DNA from: the human T2T-CHM13v2.0 reference genome, Homo sapiens | Assembly (NCBI GenBank): GCA_009914755.4 | Contig: CP068257.2 | Span: 16,736,001 to 16,800,000 of the forward strand | DNA: 64,000 nucleotides | Direction: 5' to 3' | Shown: in pieces, positions 40,066 to 53,412 of the stretch | Layout: each line of letters opens with the position of its first letter | Position numbering within the stretch: position 1 is the first letter of the stretch | Position numbers and translations under genes: made by a program | The notes under the pieces: model-generated | What the model was told of the DNA's origin: nothing | What the model saw: the letters and a program-made list of their open reading frames with translations, nothing else | The model's database searches: none

Positions 40066-41464
40066 CTTTACTTTTTCAGAATATCCTAGAGCAAAATTCA
40101 TATTATCCTTATATATCTTTTGAACAGTAGAAATTTGTAGACTTACTATTATCATAAGGCATTTGTTTTTACAGCCCAGTGTTCCATCTCCTTGGTTAGT
40201 AATATTCTCTTGAAGACATTGGCCCCTTGTACCTTATCCATATCATTACAGAGTGGGGATGATACTGGTTAATTTTTGAAATTCTAATACTTAGCCAAAA
40301 TGTGAAACTCTTTGATAAATTCACAAACTATCTGCAGCATATTGTAAAGAACTTTAAATGTAGTTATCTTGTTTATGAGTTTAAATTATCTAGATGACTT
40401 TTGACTTTCTTTATCTTTTGCTATTGGACATGATAAACTCATTCATTCAAGAGTACATACACTTCATGCCCTACTAACACCTTAGATGTACTTATCTATT
40501 GATGACACATTTTCTATGCTCTTTACTTTGTATTAACGAGATTACAAATCATTGATTCTCAAGTAAAGCTGATACATACCAGATTTTGAGATACACCATG
40601 GCAGTCAACGTCAACTGTCTTCATAAAGATAGTGGTAAATTAAGCACGTCAACTTACATTTTGACTAATAATACAATTAATTTTTATGTATAAGATAGTA
40701 ATTTTAACTGTGCTTGAATATCAAACCAACTATAATAAGAAAAAAATCATGTCAATTGTAACATTTCAGCCAATTTTTACATAAAAGGCCTTAGAAAGGT
40801 AATTTCAAGATTTTGGAGTATGTATAACCTAATCATTATTTATTTGGCACTTCTATTTTAAATTGTCTATTACCTTTTCTCACATAAAAAGAGCCATGTT
40901 TTTACAAGTTGAATCAGAAGTCTCTACTCTGTGAGGGTAAGAAAGCAACAATTAACCATTCCAGAACTTTACATAATCCTATGATTGTCTCCCTCTCTTA
41001 TATAAAACATTCTGCCACAGCAAACAAGCAGGTGCAATTACAGCCAGACTGAGATTTCTGGAGATAAAGAATAAACAAAGATGGCATGAATATGTCCTAA
41101 AACACAGTAATCTAATTAAAATATGCAATTAAAATAGTTAATGCAATTTTCTATGTCAAGATACTACAGAAAAAAGAAGATATGTTTTGAAACATTTTAA
41201 GACTCCTACTACATAAGTTAGTATCTATACTGAACAAGATTTGGTGTGCTCACAATTTAATTAACTTCAGGCTCTCAATAACCGTGTGATAAAAATAGAG
41301 CCTAAACCCCTCAGAAGTCTGTATCTGCTAGATGTTTCTGATCTAGAAAATAAAATTAACTCTTCAGTGAAATGATCCAAATAGATTGCCAAGAGCTAAT
41401 CTTGCTCAATGTGAATCGATCCATATTAAGAAAATAATTAGGAGAATGCTGTTATCAGAGGCAG

Positions 41465-41590
41465 CAATGTGTCAGTCAAAAGGGTAGCCTACACACATAT
41501 AAACACGTATACACACAATCACACACATACACACATACACATTCATGCACAAACATACATATATTCACACACATACACCTACTTGGAATA
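41465..41590. repeat. CA-rich degenerate microsatellite (acacacat/acatacac)
   Basis: Read directly. Confidence 0.8.
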
Positions 41591-42764
41591 TAATTGCCAG
41601 AAATGCTATATCTGTTTCACAAGGAATTTGTTCAAACAAATGTAAAAAGCTATGCTATTGGGAGAAGTTGAGCTTGGCTAGCAATTTAAGAAAAGCAATC
41701 ACTTGGATCCTGGTCTCTTTCTTCAGCTAAAAGGTAATGAAATGTATTGCTCATTTGTTCTTTCTGTCATGTCCAATTAAAACAAAAGAAATGAAACTTC
41801 TCTGTCTCTTCCAAACAGGCTCTCCCCTATGGTTTCATTTCACCCATTAGATACTTTAATGCTTGCTACTAGCTGGAAGACGATACCCAAAATACAGTGT
41901 CTAAGGGATACCTTACTTCTGTGGATTAGAGGTGAGAGAGTTAAGAACCTTATTTTAAAAAGTGTTCTGTGGTCTTTCTGCATCTCTTATCATTTTTATC
42001 TGTTGTAGCGATGGCTAAGTGGAAAGAGAATGTCATTCTGCGGCCAGTACTGTGGAATACTAACAATTTTACAGCCACATACGTAGAAGCGACAGTGGCC
42101 ATATCTGTGTGCGAATGGTGTTATCTGCCTCTCTACATCAGCTGGATGGGCTACAACCTTAAACTTGGGTCAACCTTTCTGCCCTTAGGGATTGATCTAT
42201 ACGTGGCCTCTTGCTGAAATAGGGAAAATGTTACCCCCCCAATCATCTTTTACCCTGTAGCCCTGCCCATTCATCTCTTTGATTTGGTCTACGTATTCTT
42301 TTGCTCTATAATCTATTAACTATTAAACGTTATAGCTGCTACTTATAGCTGTGTTTTTAGTTCACAGAAGACAATATTGTGATTTAAATATTTAAAAATA
42401 ATATTGACCAATCTCTGCTAGAAAACATTGTTAAAATTGGAATCTCCAGAGAAAAGAAATGGGCACCTCTTTGTGACAATGGCTGTTGATTCAGCGTATG
42501 CTATACATGGTAGATCAATGCAAAAACAACGGAGTTCATACTATTTGCAATTATGGGATTGCCTCATTAAAAAATGCTATCATACTGCTCTGAAAGCCGA
42601 CCATACAAGTTAGATCATTCTTGTCATACCCAACTAAATCAGCGTTGAGCCAGGGGGAAAAATCACTCAGTGAATGTGCAATTGTTCCAAGAATGTAATT
42701 CTCTGCAAGCCTGGTAGAAACAGCCAACTTTAACCTGAAACCAGTTTTATCTAATAGTTGCTGA

Positions 42765-43186
<422 letters not shown>

Positions 43187-45478
43187 GACATTTCCTCTTT
43201 TTCTAAAAACTCTAACCTTCTCTTTCTTCTTTGGACATACCAAAGACCACCTGGTGTGTGTGTATGTCCCAAATTGCAATTCTTGCTTTCCTCCCCGAAA
43301 TTTTAACTATGGAGATCCACCTCTACGTTTTATTTGACTTTGACACCAGCCTGGTAGAAAAGTATCCTTCTCTGCTTCACTGACATGAAACTTAGCCATG
43401 CATCTGTAGTCGTTCCTGTAGGTGGAAAATACATCCTGCCCTGGTATGTGACTGTTTTTGGATAAAGAAATGGGAATACAAGCAAATCAGAATGTGATTG
43501 GTTATGTCTTTTTTCCCCCTTCTACCATGAGAAAAGTAATTTCCCAGATACAATTGTTCTGTCAACATGGGTTGCAAAGTGAAGATATGTGAAGGAGAGT
43601 AACAGCTAATCAACAACGGACACACAATGTGAACAAGAAATTGACATTTGTTTTTGTTTGCTACTGGGACCTGAAAGTCATTTTTTTAAATGTAGCATAC
43701 CGTAGCCTAGCCTGAGTGATATGGTAATTTTAAAAATATGTATAGGAAAAGGAGGGCTGTAATTTCCTCAGCACTAGACTAGACATGAAAAATTTGAAGT
43801 TTTCTTCACATTTTTCTAACAGTGTTACCTGAAATGGTTATTGAATTCCTCCAATGCTAGCTTCTGCGTCTATGCAATGAATGGTTTGGATGAGGCAATG
43901 TTAGCCACCTTTAACATCCTTTGAGTCTGTGATTCGAGTAAACCTCAAAGCATGGCTGAAGTCACCATTATTTAGATTTGCTGAAATCTCCTTCTTTTTA
44001 TTACTTCCTTATTAAGTAGCTAGGTGGCAGTTTGTGGTTGAATAGAACACAAAGTCTATTGAATTTTCTATTTCTATGTGGCTAGGGAAAGATCTTCAAT
44101 ATTTGGAAGGTATAATAAAAATTCTCAAGTTGTAGCGAAGGTTAAATTAACCACTAGCCATACCTTGGATTTAGTAAAACCTGCATGTTACCTAAAACAA
44201 TTAGTAATTTGCCTTTGACTTAGTGATATTTGTCATTGTTAAAGCTGTCACACTAGGTCAATAGATGCAACAGGTAACAAAAGCACTTGATCTTACTGCT
44301 GTATAAAATAAGCTTTTTATCTTGGACTTTCTGTTAAGTTCCGTTAAGAGAGTTTTTCAAATAGCATGGCCAGGCTTTGGCACTGAGGATGATACTGCCT
44401 GCGAGATTCACAATGTAGATGTCACTTTGGCTCTACTCAGATAAGAGGTATCACTGCACTGAGTCACAGCAATATAGAGTCAGATGGTTTTCTGCTATGT
44501 AGGCTTTCTCCGTTCAACCCCAAGAAGTATCTAGGGAGGATTTCAAAAGTGTATGGCTTTAACACTTAAAACATCATTCCTAAATATCATCCTGAAGCTT
44601 GTTAGAAATGTTGAATCACTCTAGATTTATTAAATAAGGATGTGCATTTTAAGATCTCCAGGTGACTTATATGTACACTACATTTCTAAAAAGGGAGAGC
44701 TTGGAGAAACTAAGATATTCTCTTTTGTAGCTGTTATTTTACATATATGACACGGAGGACTATATCACTAAACACTATACCACTAATATTGGAAAATATC
44801 ATAGCACTAATATAGGATCAATGTAACTTGCAATGATGTAAAAATATGCAGCATATTTCAAATGGATTCTCAATCTTCAAATATTATGGAAGAATCTTGA
44901 TTTGGTGTTTCAAGATCTTGGTCACAGTTTTCAGTACTCCACTCTGATTGTAAAGGGAAGGCAGTTTGCATAGAGGTTGAAAGTATTGGTTCTGGGTCTA
45001 ATTTTTTGAGCTAAAACCTTGGCGTCTTGTTACTGTGTATAAAACTGTGGATAGTTTTTACTTAATTTTCCTGAATTTTATTTTCTCATCAACATTATAG
45101 GGATAATAGTTACCTAATAGTTAAGGAAAATCTTTAGAAAAGTTATTTGAGACCAGATGTTTCTATCCCTGGTCAGTTAACAATTTTTTCTTTCTTAGGG
45201 TTCATTAATGAAGTTGTAACCAGTGTTTTAATTTAGGAATGCCAAAGGTCAGTATATATTTTTGTAAGATAACTATATGGTTTCATTAAAGAAAAATATT
45301 TGACATATGCAATTTCTATTCCTTTGTTTGAGGATTGTACTCTGTCTTTTGAATGCTCTTCTCCTTAATCTATTTATGGAATGGTTTGCTCCTTTATGTA
45401 AGACATGAATAAGATTTTTCTGATACAAAAGTTTCCCCAGGAAGATAATGGATTAAGCCTTATGGAGACTTTAAGTAA

Positions 45479-45948
<470 letters not shown>

Positions 45949-46980
45949 CTGAAGGCAAGTATTACTCTTAATGAAAAATAAATGGAAGGTGAAACCTTTG
46001 GTGACTTGATACTTTACCTTCTTATGTTTATTTAAAAAAAAAAATCACAATGTGGTTTACCTCTGATTGAAGATGCATGTAACTTGAGCAACAGATCCCA
46101 AAACATCACTTCATGATGTTATTTTGAAAACAGGATAAAATGATATGAATCATATAATGATAATTACTTACAGTTAATGATCATTGACTATGTACTATGT
46201 GTAATTCTAGGAATTTTACATGCATTTAGTTATTCTCACGATAACCCTATGATGTTAAACAGTAGTAGCGTGGCAGGTGCTACAATTATTCCCATTTATG
46301 AGATGTGGAAACTGAGGCACAAAGCATTTAAATAAATAGCCTACGGTATCAAAGCCGATGACTAACATTTTCAGAAAATAAATTCAGATAGTCTGGATCT
46401 TAACACTAAATTCAATAGTTTTGCATGTGTCAATTTAGCTGAATTCTGATTTCATTCTTCAAATACCCTTTTCTGTATAGCTCTGGGCTAGGTTGGGCAA
46501 ATAAGAGAAACTTGTGAGGGTTAGCAGGTGGATGGGAAATAGCAGTCAGGAAATTAGGAAGTTGGTGCCAGGGCTCCCGAATTACTGTAGGTCTCAAATG
46601 CTGATGCTGATCTGCTAGCTCGTCTCATTTGCATGGGGCTCAGCTAGCGCAGATTTCCTTCAGGTTCTTTAAATCTTAGGTCAGGCTCATATGCAGTGCC
46701 TGTGTGGAGGGTCTTAGCTTCCTCTGCAGTTCACCAAAGGCAGGTTACTCAAGGCTAGATGTGGATTTACGAATGATAAGAAAAGCAGAGACTGGCAAAT
46801 ATGACTTATAGTTTACTCTTGTGGCGTCTCCTCTGAGGTTTTGCTTTGGATTTCTCTTTCTTTAGGTCCAGATTTTATTCACAATTGCCTCCTCCCCCAA
46901 CTGCCTGCCCACTCCCAAATGCAGAGGCAGCAGCCTGCTATAGATTTCGCTGTCTCTTGTCCTTGATTCCTTGTTAGTGA

Positions 46981-47377
<397 letters not shown>

Positions 47378-48529
47378 TAAAATAAATTCCTCATTTGTAT
47401 TGCTCAGTGGTTCCGCTTCCCTAGTGATACACTCAATTCATATGCATCTCTATGAAACTGAGAAAATACTGATTCTCTAAAAAATAAAATATTCCCTGAT
47501 ATTAACAGATTATAGCTCAAAGTGATTAGCATAATGGCAGGGAGATTATAATCATTTAGTAATGTTCAGTATCATCCTTATCTTCATCTTCTTTTTTTTC
47601 TTCTTGAAAAATTAACTGAAGTATGATCACAAAGCAAAACATAAAGGAGACATTCAAGAGTGCTTTATTTAAAGAAAGAGAAGTTTCAGCCTGGCATCAA
47701 TAATTTGCCTAAATATTTTAACTGAAAGAGAATGCTTTCACACGGTCTCAAAAGAAAAGCCATTTTCTTTTCATCTGAAAACAAGTGTTTTAAATTTTTT
47801 TTATCAGTAGATTCATAGTGTTATCTGAGGTCCTACATTTATTCTTTAAGCTTATATTTACCTCAACAATAATTTCCAAAAATCATCACCTCTGCTAACT
47901 TGAGAGAAGATTCTATTTTCCAGTTACTGAATGGTCCTTTTTCATGCTATTCAAATCTGAATATCTTGCTTAAACTCCAGTGCCCAGACTGCTCCCAATT
48001 GTCTAGTAAAGCTCTCAGCCCAGCCAAACGTTGTGGAGAAACTATACAGCAATTCCTTTTTGCAACACTCTTGTTTTGACATCTCAGTGAGTCTATTTAC
48101 ATGTAGTAATTTCTCAGTGCCAGTTAAAGTCAGAAAAAGTGATTCACTGTGGCATTCTTGCAAAATATGACAGATGGGCTCATTAGTCGTTTGATTCATA
48201 AAAGCCATCATGTTGTTTTGCTTAAAATAAGAAGCAAAAAATAAGCAAGTCCTTGATAGGTTTAATTCAGATCAGAGCAAAGTAATGCCAACTCTGCAGA
48301 TTCATGTAAAGAACCGACAAAAGGAGCCGGGGGAAAAAGGACTGTGCAAATGAATGCATTATTCTTTGTAAAAAAGTTATGAGCCATAAAGTAATGGTTA
48401 AAAAAGAGCTAGGCATCTGCAACTAGGCAAAGAGATTAGAAGAAAGCAACAACAACTAGTAAGTTATATGCTATTTGTTGTGTTTTCTTGATGTAAATAT
48501 AGCAGTAGAAAGAATGAAGACATTAAATG

Positions 48530-48720
48530 AGAATTAAGAGAATATATGTATTCATATATATTAATTCATATATATTATATTATATATGAATATTATATAT
48601 TCATACATGTGTGAATTCATATGTATGAATATATATGATATAATAATTTTATGAATATATGAATACATATGAATTAATATGCATATATATTAATTCAAGA
48701 TGCCAGAGACATTAAGAAAA
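48530..48720. repeat. AT-rich low-complexity/palindromic repeat block (tatgaatat / attcatat motifs)
   Basis: Read directly. Many short inverted and tandem repeats of gaatatat and atatattc. Confidence 0.8.
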
Positions 48721-48931
48721 GAGTAATCCCTATCAATGGATAAATAATATGATACAGAATAGTATTTGTTAGTAAAGAAGTGAAAATTTAAAAGAATATA
48801 TATTTGGTGTGTCAACACCAAAATGTCTTCCAGAAAACTCTGGTAGAGTAGTTGCATGCCAACAGAAAACTATTCTTATGGAAATTTTCATTTACATTGA
48901 TTAGCTATTAATGTTTTGTTGCAATCAGCAA

Positions 48932-49455
48932 ACCTGACTACTATAAGGACTCCACAGTCAAATTTGAATTTAAAATTATGGATGGTAGATTGTCAAATCT
49001 TATTTGTTGTCTTGCCTTTAAACAATTCTAAAAGAAAGGCTTCATATCTTGCAGAATTTTTAATTGTTAAGTAATATCAATAATTAATAATAACCCAGGA
49101 GATTAGTGAAAAGAAGTTTCCCATTGTAACTCTTCATTGAGCAAAAGACTTCTGTCAGTCAATTAAAAACATCTCTATTGCTGGAGAAATAATGGTTCTT
49201 TCACTTTCTTATGAGTTGTGTCCATTTCTGTGATGGTCTTACATGATATGTGAATGAATCATAAGTTATTTCTCAAACTCTTAACAAGTATTTATGTATC
49301 TGTGTAGATCAATAATTTAATTACCTGTGTAGAAATAAGAACTTATGAAAGCTTCAAATGTTGTGAATAATAACGTAGTGGAAAATTCTTTTGCCTCATC
49401 CACATTTGGGAGAAAATGCTTAAAAAAATCTCCCAAATATATCTCTACACATTTT
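48932..49455 (+). repeat. Left arm of a ~0.52-kb inverted duplication (partner 51412-51909, ~95% identity)
   Basis: The reverse complement of this arm aligns base-for-base with 51412-51909 (acctgactactataaggactccacagtcaaatttgaatttaaaattatg...ttcccattgtaactcttcattgagcaaaagacttctgtc...), with one ~25-bp indel. Confidence 0.9.
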
Positions 49456-50154
49456 TCATGGATATTTTGATAATTCAGATGCATCAGTATTCTGGGCTTC
49501 AAGCACTCTTGCTGTAAAAAACCCTTAATAACCTAAATGCAATACAAGAAAAATACATTATTTGGTGGCAAAAGATAAATAGAAAAACATTAACATTGAT
49601 TTTATGCTCTGTGCCAGGCTCTGTGCTATGAGTATTAACAAAATATTAATAAAATATCTTTTTATTCACCTATTTATTTGCTTCCTAAATATTTGTAAGA
49701 ACTCTTTTATAGCCTGCATACCTTTCTCTGTAATGATGTCTTCCTTTTCTTTTCCAGCTTCAAGGGCCCACAATTACTTTATTTTACGAACCCTTATTTA
49801 GCAACTATACACAACACACACTCACAGTGACAAACAACGTAAGTAGTTGTACTGTGCAGATAATAACTCACTTAATCCTCATGTGTTCTATGAAGTAGGA
49901 ATTATTATTATCTACTTTTTATGCAAAATACCAAGGAGTAGTATAGTTAATTAACTTATCTATTGTCACTTAGCAAATAAGTGGCAGATTCAGAATTCCA
50001 GCTCAGGCACATGATCTGGCTACAAAATGAAGCTCTCACGTAAAATACTGTGATATGTAAGAGAAGAAATTTTATAAGGGGCTTAACTCAATTACCTCCA
50101 CTTTCTGACTTGAAAACTATTTGATTTTATTAAAACTTCATGATATGTCAACAA

Positions 50155-50320
50155 AATATAAACAAAAGTCAATATGCTAAAGATGAAGAAAGAAAATCCT
50201 TACCTGTTTTCATCTTTAAACAGCTCTTCTGAAGCATGCAAACCCTCTTTTTGGTCTACGCTATGTGATAAAAAGCTATTTGTTTTAGCCACAGTTAATA
50301 GAGGACTTTAGTAATGTCAA
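50155..50320 (+). repeat. Copy A of a ~170-bp direct repeat inside the inverted-duplication spacer (copy B at 51055-51215, ~85% identity)
   Basis: caaaagtcaatatgctaaagatgaagaaagaaaatccttacctgttttcatctttaaacagctcttctgaagcatgcaaaccctctttttggtctacgctatgtgataaaaagctatttgttttagccacagttaatagaggacttta aligns with aaagtcaacatgctgaagatggataaataaaattcttaactgtttatttcttttaacaactgttctgatgcatgtaaactctccttttggtctatgctttgtgaataaaaagctatttattttagccacagttaataggggacttta. Confidence 0.85.
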
Positions 50321-51054
50321 CAAAATTGGTTCCATTTTGAAAGTCTGTTGAACTTCACCTATGATATTTCATGCATTGTCAAAGATTTGTTTTATTTCAA
50401 AATTATGCATTTTCATTGATAACATTTGAAAAATAAGAATGTGGAAAAAATGTGTTGCCAAATGGTTTGTCAATTAATAGTTTAGTGATCACATATTTCA
50501 TTTCTTCCTAGATGACGCACATGCCGTAATCTAACTGACTTCTTTTTGCCACAGGCATTAAAAAGAACAAAAAATGTCTCAGTTGGATTTTATGAAACAA
50601 ACACATAAAGGAAGTGTTCGCCTCTGCATTTCTCCCCTCCGCCATGCCTGGTTTAGAGTGATTAATCCCTTTTGGTGTTTGTTAAAAAACATGTTATTGA
50701 TGTTATTAGAAGCCCATTTCATTGTAATTAATATCACTGGTTATTAGCTGTTCTTACAAAGGAAATGATTGGCTCTAGGCATCAACTTATGTAAGTTGTA
50801 TAAGGCAGCAGCCCTCTGAGAACAGATTCACTTCTCTCTCCTTTGCTAGCTCATTTGTGTCTGTCTGAAGCATGCAGTGTTAATTGCGTAGCCCAAAATC
50901 TACCCGCTCCTTGCTCTTTGCCAACAGAGCCCCAGTTTTTATCAGATTGTGAAAGTGTACAGCTTTTTTAGAATTATAGTCAGTCTAACCCTCTAAGCCA
51001 CACACACTTATTTTCCATTCTCCTTGCCTTACTTACTATTACATTTAAGGGAAT

Positions 51055-51215
51055 AAAAGTCAACATGCTGAAGATGGATAAATAAAATTCTTAACTGTTT
51101 ATTTCTTTTAACAACTGTTCTGATGCATGTAAACTCTCCTTTTGGTCTATGCTTTGTGAATAAAAAGCTATTTATTTTAGCCACAGTTAATAGGGGACTT
51201 TAGTTGCAGGCAAAA
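51055..51215 (+). repeat. Copy B of the ~170-bp direct repeat
   Basis: See copy A. Confidence 0.85.
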
Positions 51216-51411
51216 ACATTCATTACTACTTCACCATCTGAAATAGACCTGCTCAGGACCGACCTACTTCCACAAAGGCTGACCGATCAAAACATGACTG
51301 AGCATTTATATTTTATCATTGTTTACCTAAGAAATATACTTATTCAAATCATTCTTCTAACCAGGAAAGTGTTTCTCTACCTTTTAGAGAAAAAAACACC
51401 TCAGTGTTTCA

Positions 51412-51909
51412 AATCTGAATTTGGGAGTTTTTTAAAACATTTTTTTCCCAAATGTGGATAAGGCAAAAGAATTTTCCACTATGTTATTATTCACAACATT
51501 TGAAGCTTTGATAAGTTCTTATTTCTACACAGGTAGTTAAATTATTGATCTACACAGCTAAGAGTTTGAGGAATAACTTATGATTCATTCACATATCATG
51601 TAAGGCAGTCACAGAAATGGACACAACTCATAAGAAAGTGAAAGAACCATTATTTCTCCAGCAATAGAGATGTTTTTAATTGACCGACAGAAGTCTTTTG
51701 CTCAATGAAGAGTTACAATGGGAAACTTCTTTTCACTAATCTCCTGGGTTATTATTAATTATTGATATTACTTAACAATTAAAAATTCTGCAAGATATGA
51801 AGCCTTTCTTTTAGAATTGTTTAAAGGCAAGACAACAAATAAGATTTGACAATCTACTATGCATAATTTTAAATTCAAATTTGACTGTGGAGTCCTTATA
51901 GTAGTCAGG
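51412..51909 (-). repeat. Right arm of the inverted duplication. Ends exactly at the start of the truncated MaLR element
   Basis: See left arm. Homology stops at ...tagtagtcaggt (51909). The next base begins MaLR-internal sequence. Confidence 0.9.
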
Positions 51910-53412
51910 TGACTTGGGTGCGTTAAAGGTATTCAGTTTCATAAGGGAAGCTGAGCATAAAAGTTTGGAAAATTTGCAGGCTGACAATTTGATAGAAAGG
52001 AAAAACCCATCTTCCGAGGAGAAATTCAAGCAGGCTGCAGAAATTTGCATAAGTAACAAGGAGCCAAATGTTAATCACCAAGACAATGGGAAAATGTCTC
52101 CAGGGCATGTCAGAGGTCTTCATGACAGCCCCTCCCACCATAGGTCTGGAGGCCTAGGAGAAAATGATTTTGTGGGCCGGTCCCAGGGCCCCCTTGCTAT
52201 CTGCAGCTTATGGACTTGGTGCTCTGCATTCCAACTTTGGCTGAAAGGGGCCAATGTAGAGTGCAGGCCATGGCTTCAGAGAGTGGAAGCCCAAAGCCTT
52301 TTCAGCTTCCACATGGTGTTGAGCCTGTGAGTGCACAGAAGTCAAGAATTGAGGTTTGGGAACCTCTGCCTAGATTTCAGAATATGTATGGAAATACCTG
52401 GATGTCCAGGCAGAAGTTTGCTGCAGGGTGGGGCGCTCATGGAGAACCTCTGCTAGGGCAGTGCAGAAGGAAAATGTGGGGTTGGAGCACACAGAGGCCC
52501 TACTGGGGCACCACCTAGTGGAGCTGTGAGAAGAGAGTCACTTTCCTCCAGACCCCAGAATGGTATATCCACCAACAGCTTGCCCTGTTCACCTGGAAAA
52601 GTTGCAAACCCTGAATGCCAACTCATGAAAGCAGCTGGGAGGGAGGCTCTACCCTGCAAAGCCACAGGACAGAGCTGCCCAAGACCATGGGAACCCACCT
52701 CTTGCATCAGCATCAGTGTGACCTGGATGTGAGACCTGGAGTCAAAGGAGATCATTTTGGAGCTATAAAATTTGACTGTCCTGCTGGATTTCAGACTAGC
52801 ATGGGCCCCCTAACCACTTTGTTTTGGCCAATTTCTCCCATTTGGAATGGCTGTGTTAACTCAATACCTGTACCCCCAGTGTATCTAGGCTTTTGATTTT
52901 ACAGGCTTATAGGCAGAAGGGACTTGCCTTGTGTCAGATGAGACTTTGAACTGTGGACTTTTGAGTTAATGCTGTAATGAGCTAAGACTTTGGGGGACTG
53001 TTGGGAAGGCATGATTGGTTTTGAAATGTGGGGACATGAGATTTGGAGGGGCCGGGGTGGAATGATATGGTTTGGTTCTGTGTCCCCACCCAAATCTCAT
53101 CTTGAATTATACTCCCATAATTCCCACGTGCTGTGGGAGGGAACCAGTGGGAGATAATTTGAATCAAGAAGGCAGTTTCTCCCATACTGTTCTTATGGTA
53201 GTGAATAAATTTCATGAGATCTGATGGTTTTATCAGGGGTTTCCACTTTTGTGTCTTCATCATTTTCTCTTTCTGCTGCCACGTAGGAAGTGCCTTTCAA
53301 CTTCTGCCATGATTCTGAGGTTTCCTCAGCCATGTAGAACTGTAAGTCCAATTAAACCTCTTTTTCTTCCCAGTCTTGGGTATGTCTTTAGCAGCATGAA
53401 GACAAATTAACA
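51910..53412 (+). mobile_element. ERVL-MaLR (THE1/MST-type) element, 5' truncated: ~1.15-kb internal region plus 3' LTR (53063-53412). Plus orientation
   Basis: Internal region matches MaLR-int (ggaagctgagcataaaagtttggaaaatttgcaggctgacaatttgatagaaagg...aattgaggtttgggaacctctgcctagatttcagaatatgtatggaaatacctggatgtccaggcagaagtttgctgcagg...). The LTR begins TGATATGGTTTGGTTCTGTGTCCCCACCCAAATCTCATCTTGAATTAT... and ends ...gtcttgggtatgtctttagcagcatgaagacaaattaaca. There is no 5' LTR. ORFs 51914..52330, 52210..52518 and 52453..52755 are chance frames within it. Confidence 0.9.

Noticed and set aside
51914-52755. 138-aa, 102-aa and 100-aa ORFs that could be mistaken for a small gene cluster
   Set aside because: All lie within the MaLR (THE1/MST-int) internal region, which is a degenerate non-coding retroelement remnant. 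The frames are chance, and the paralogous region at 15195-16189 shows the equivalent frames are not conserved
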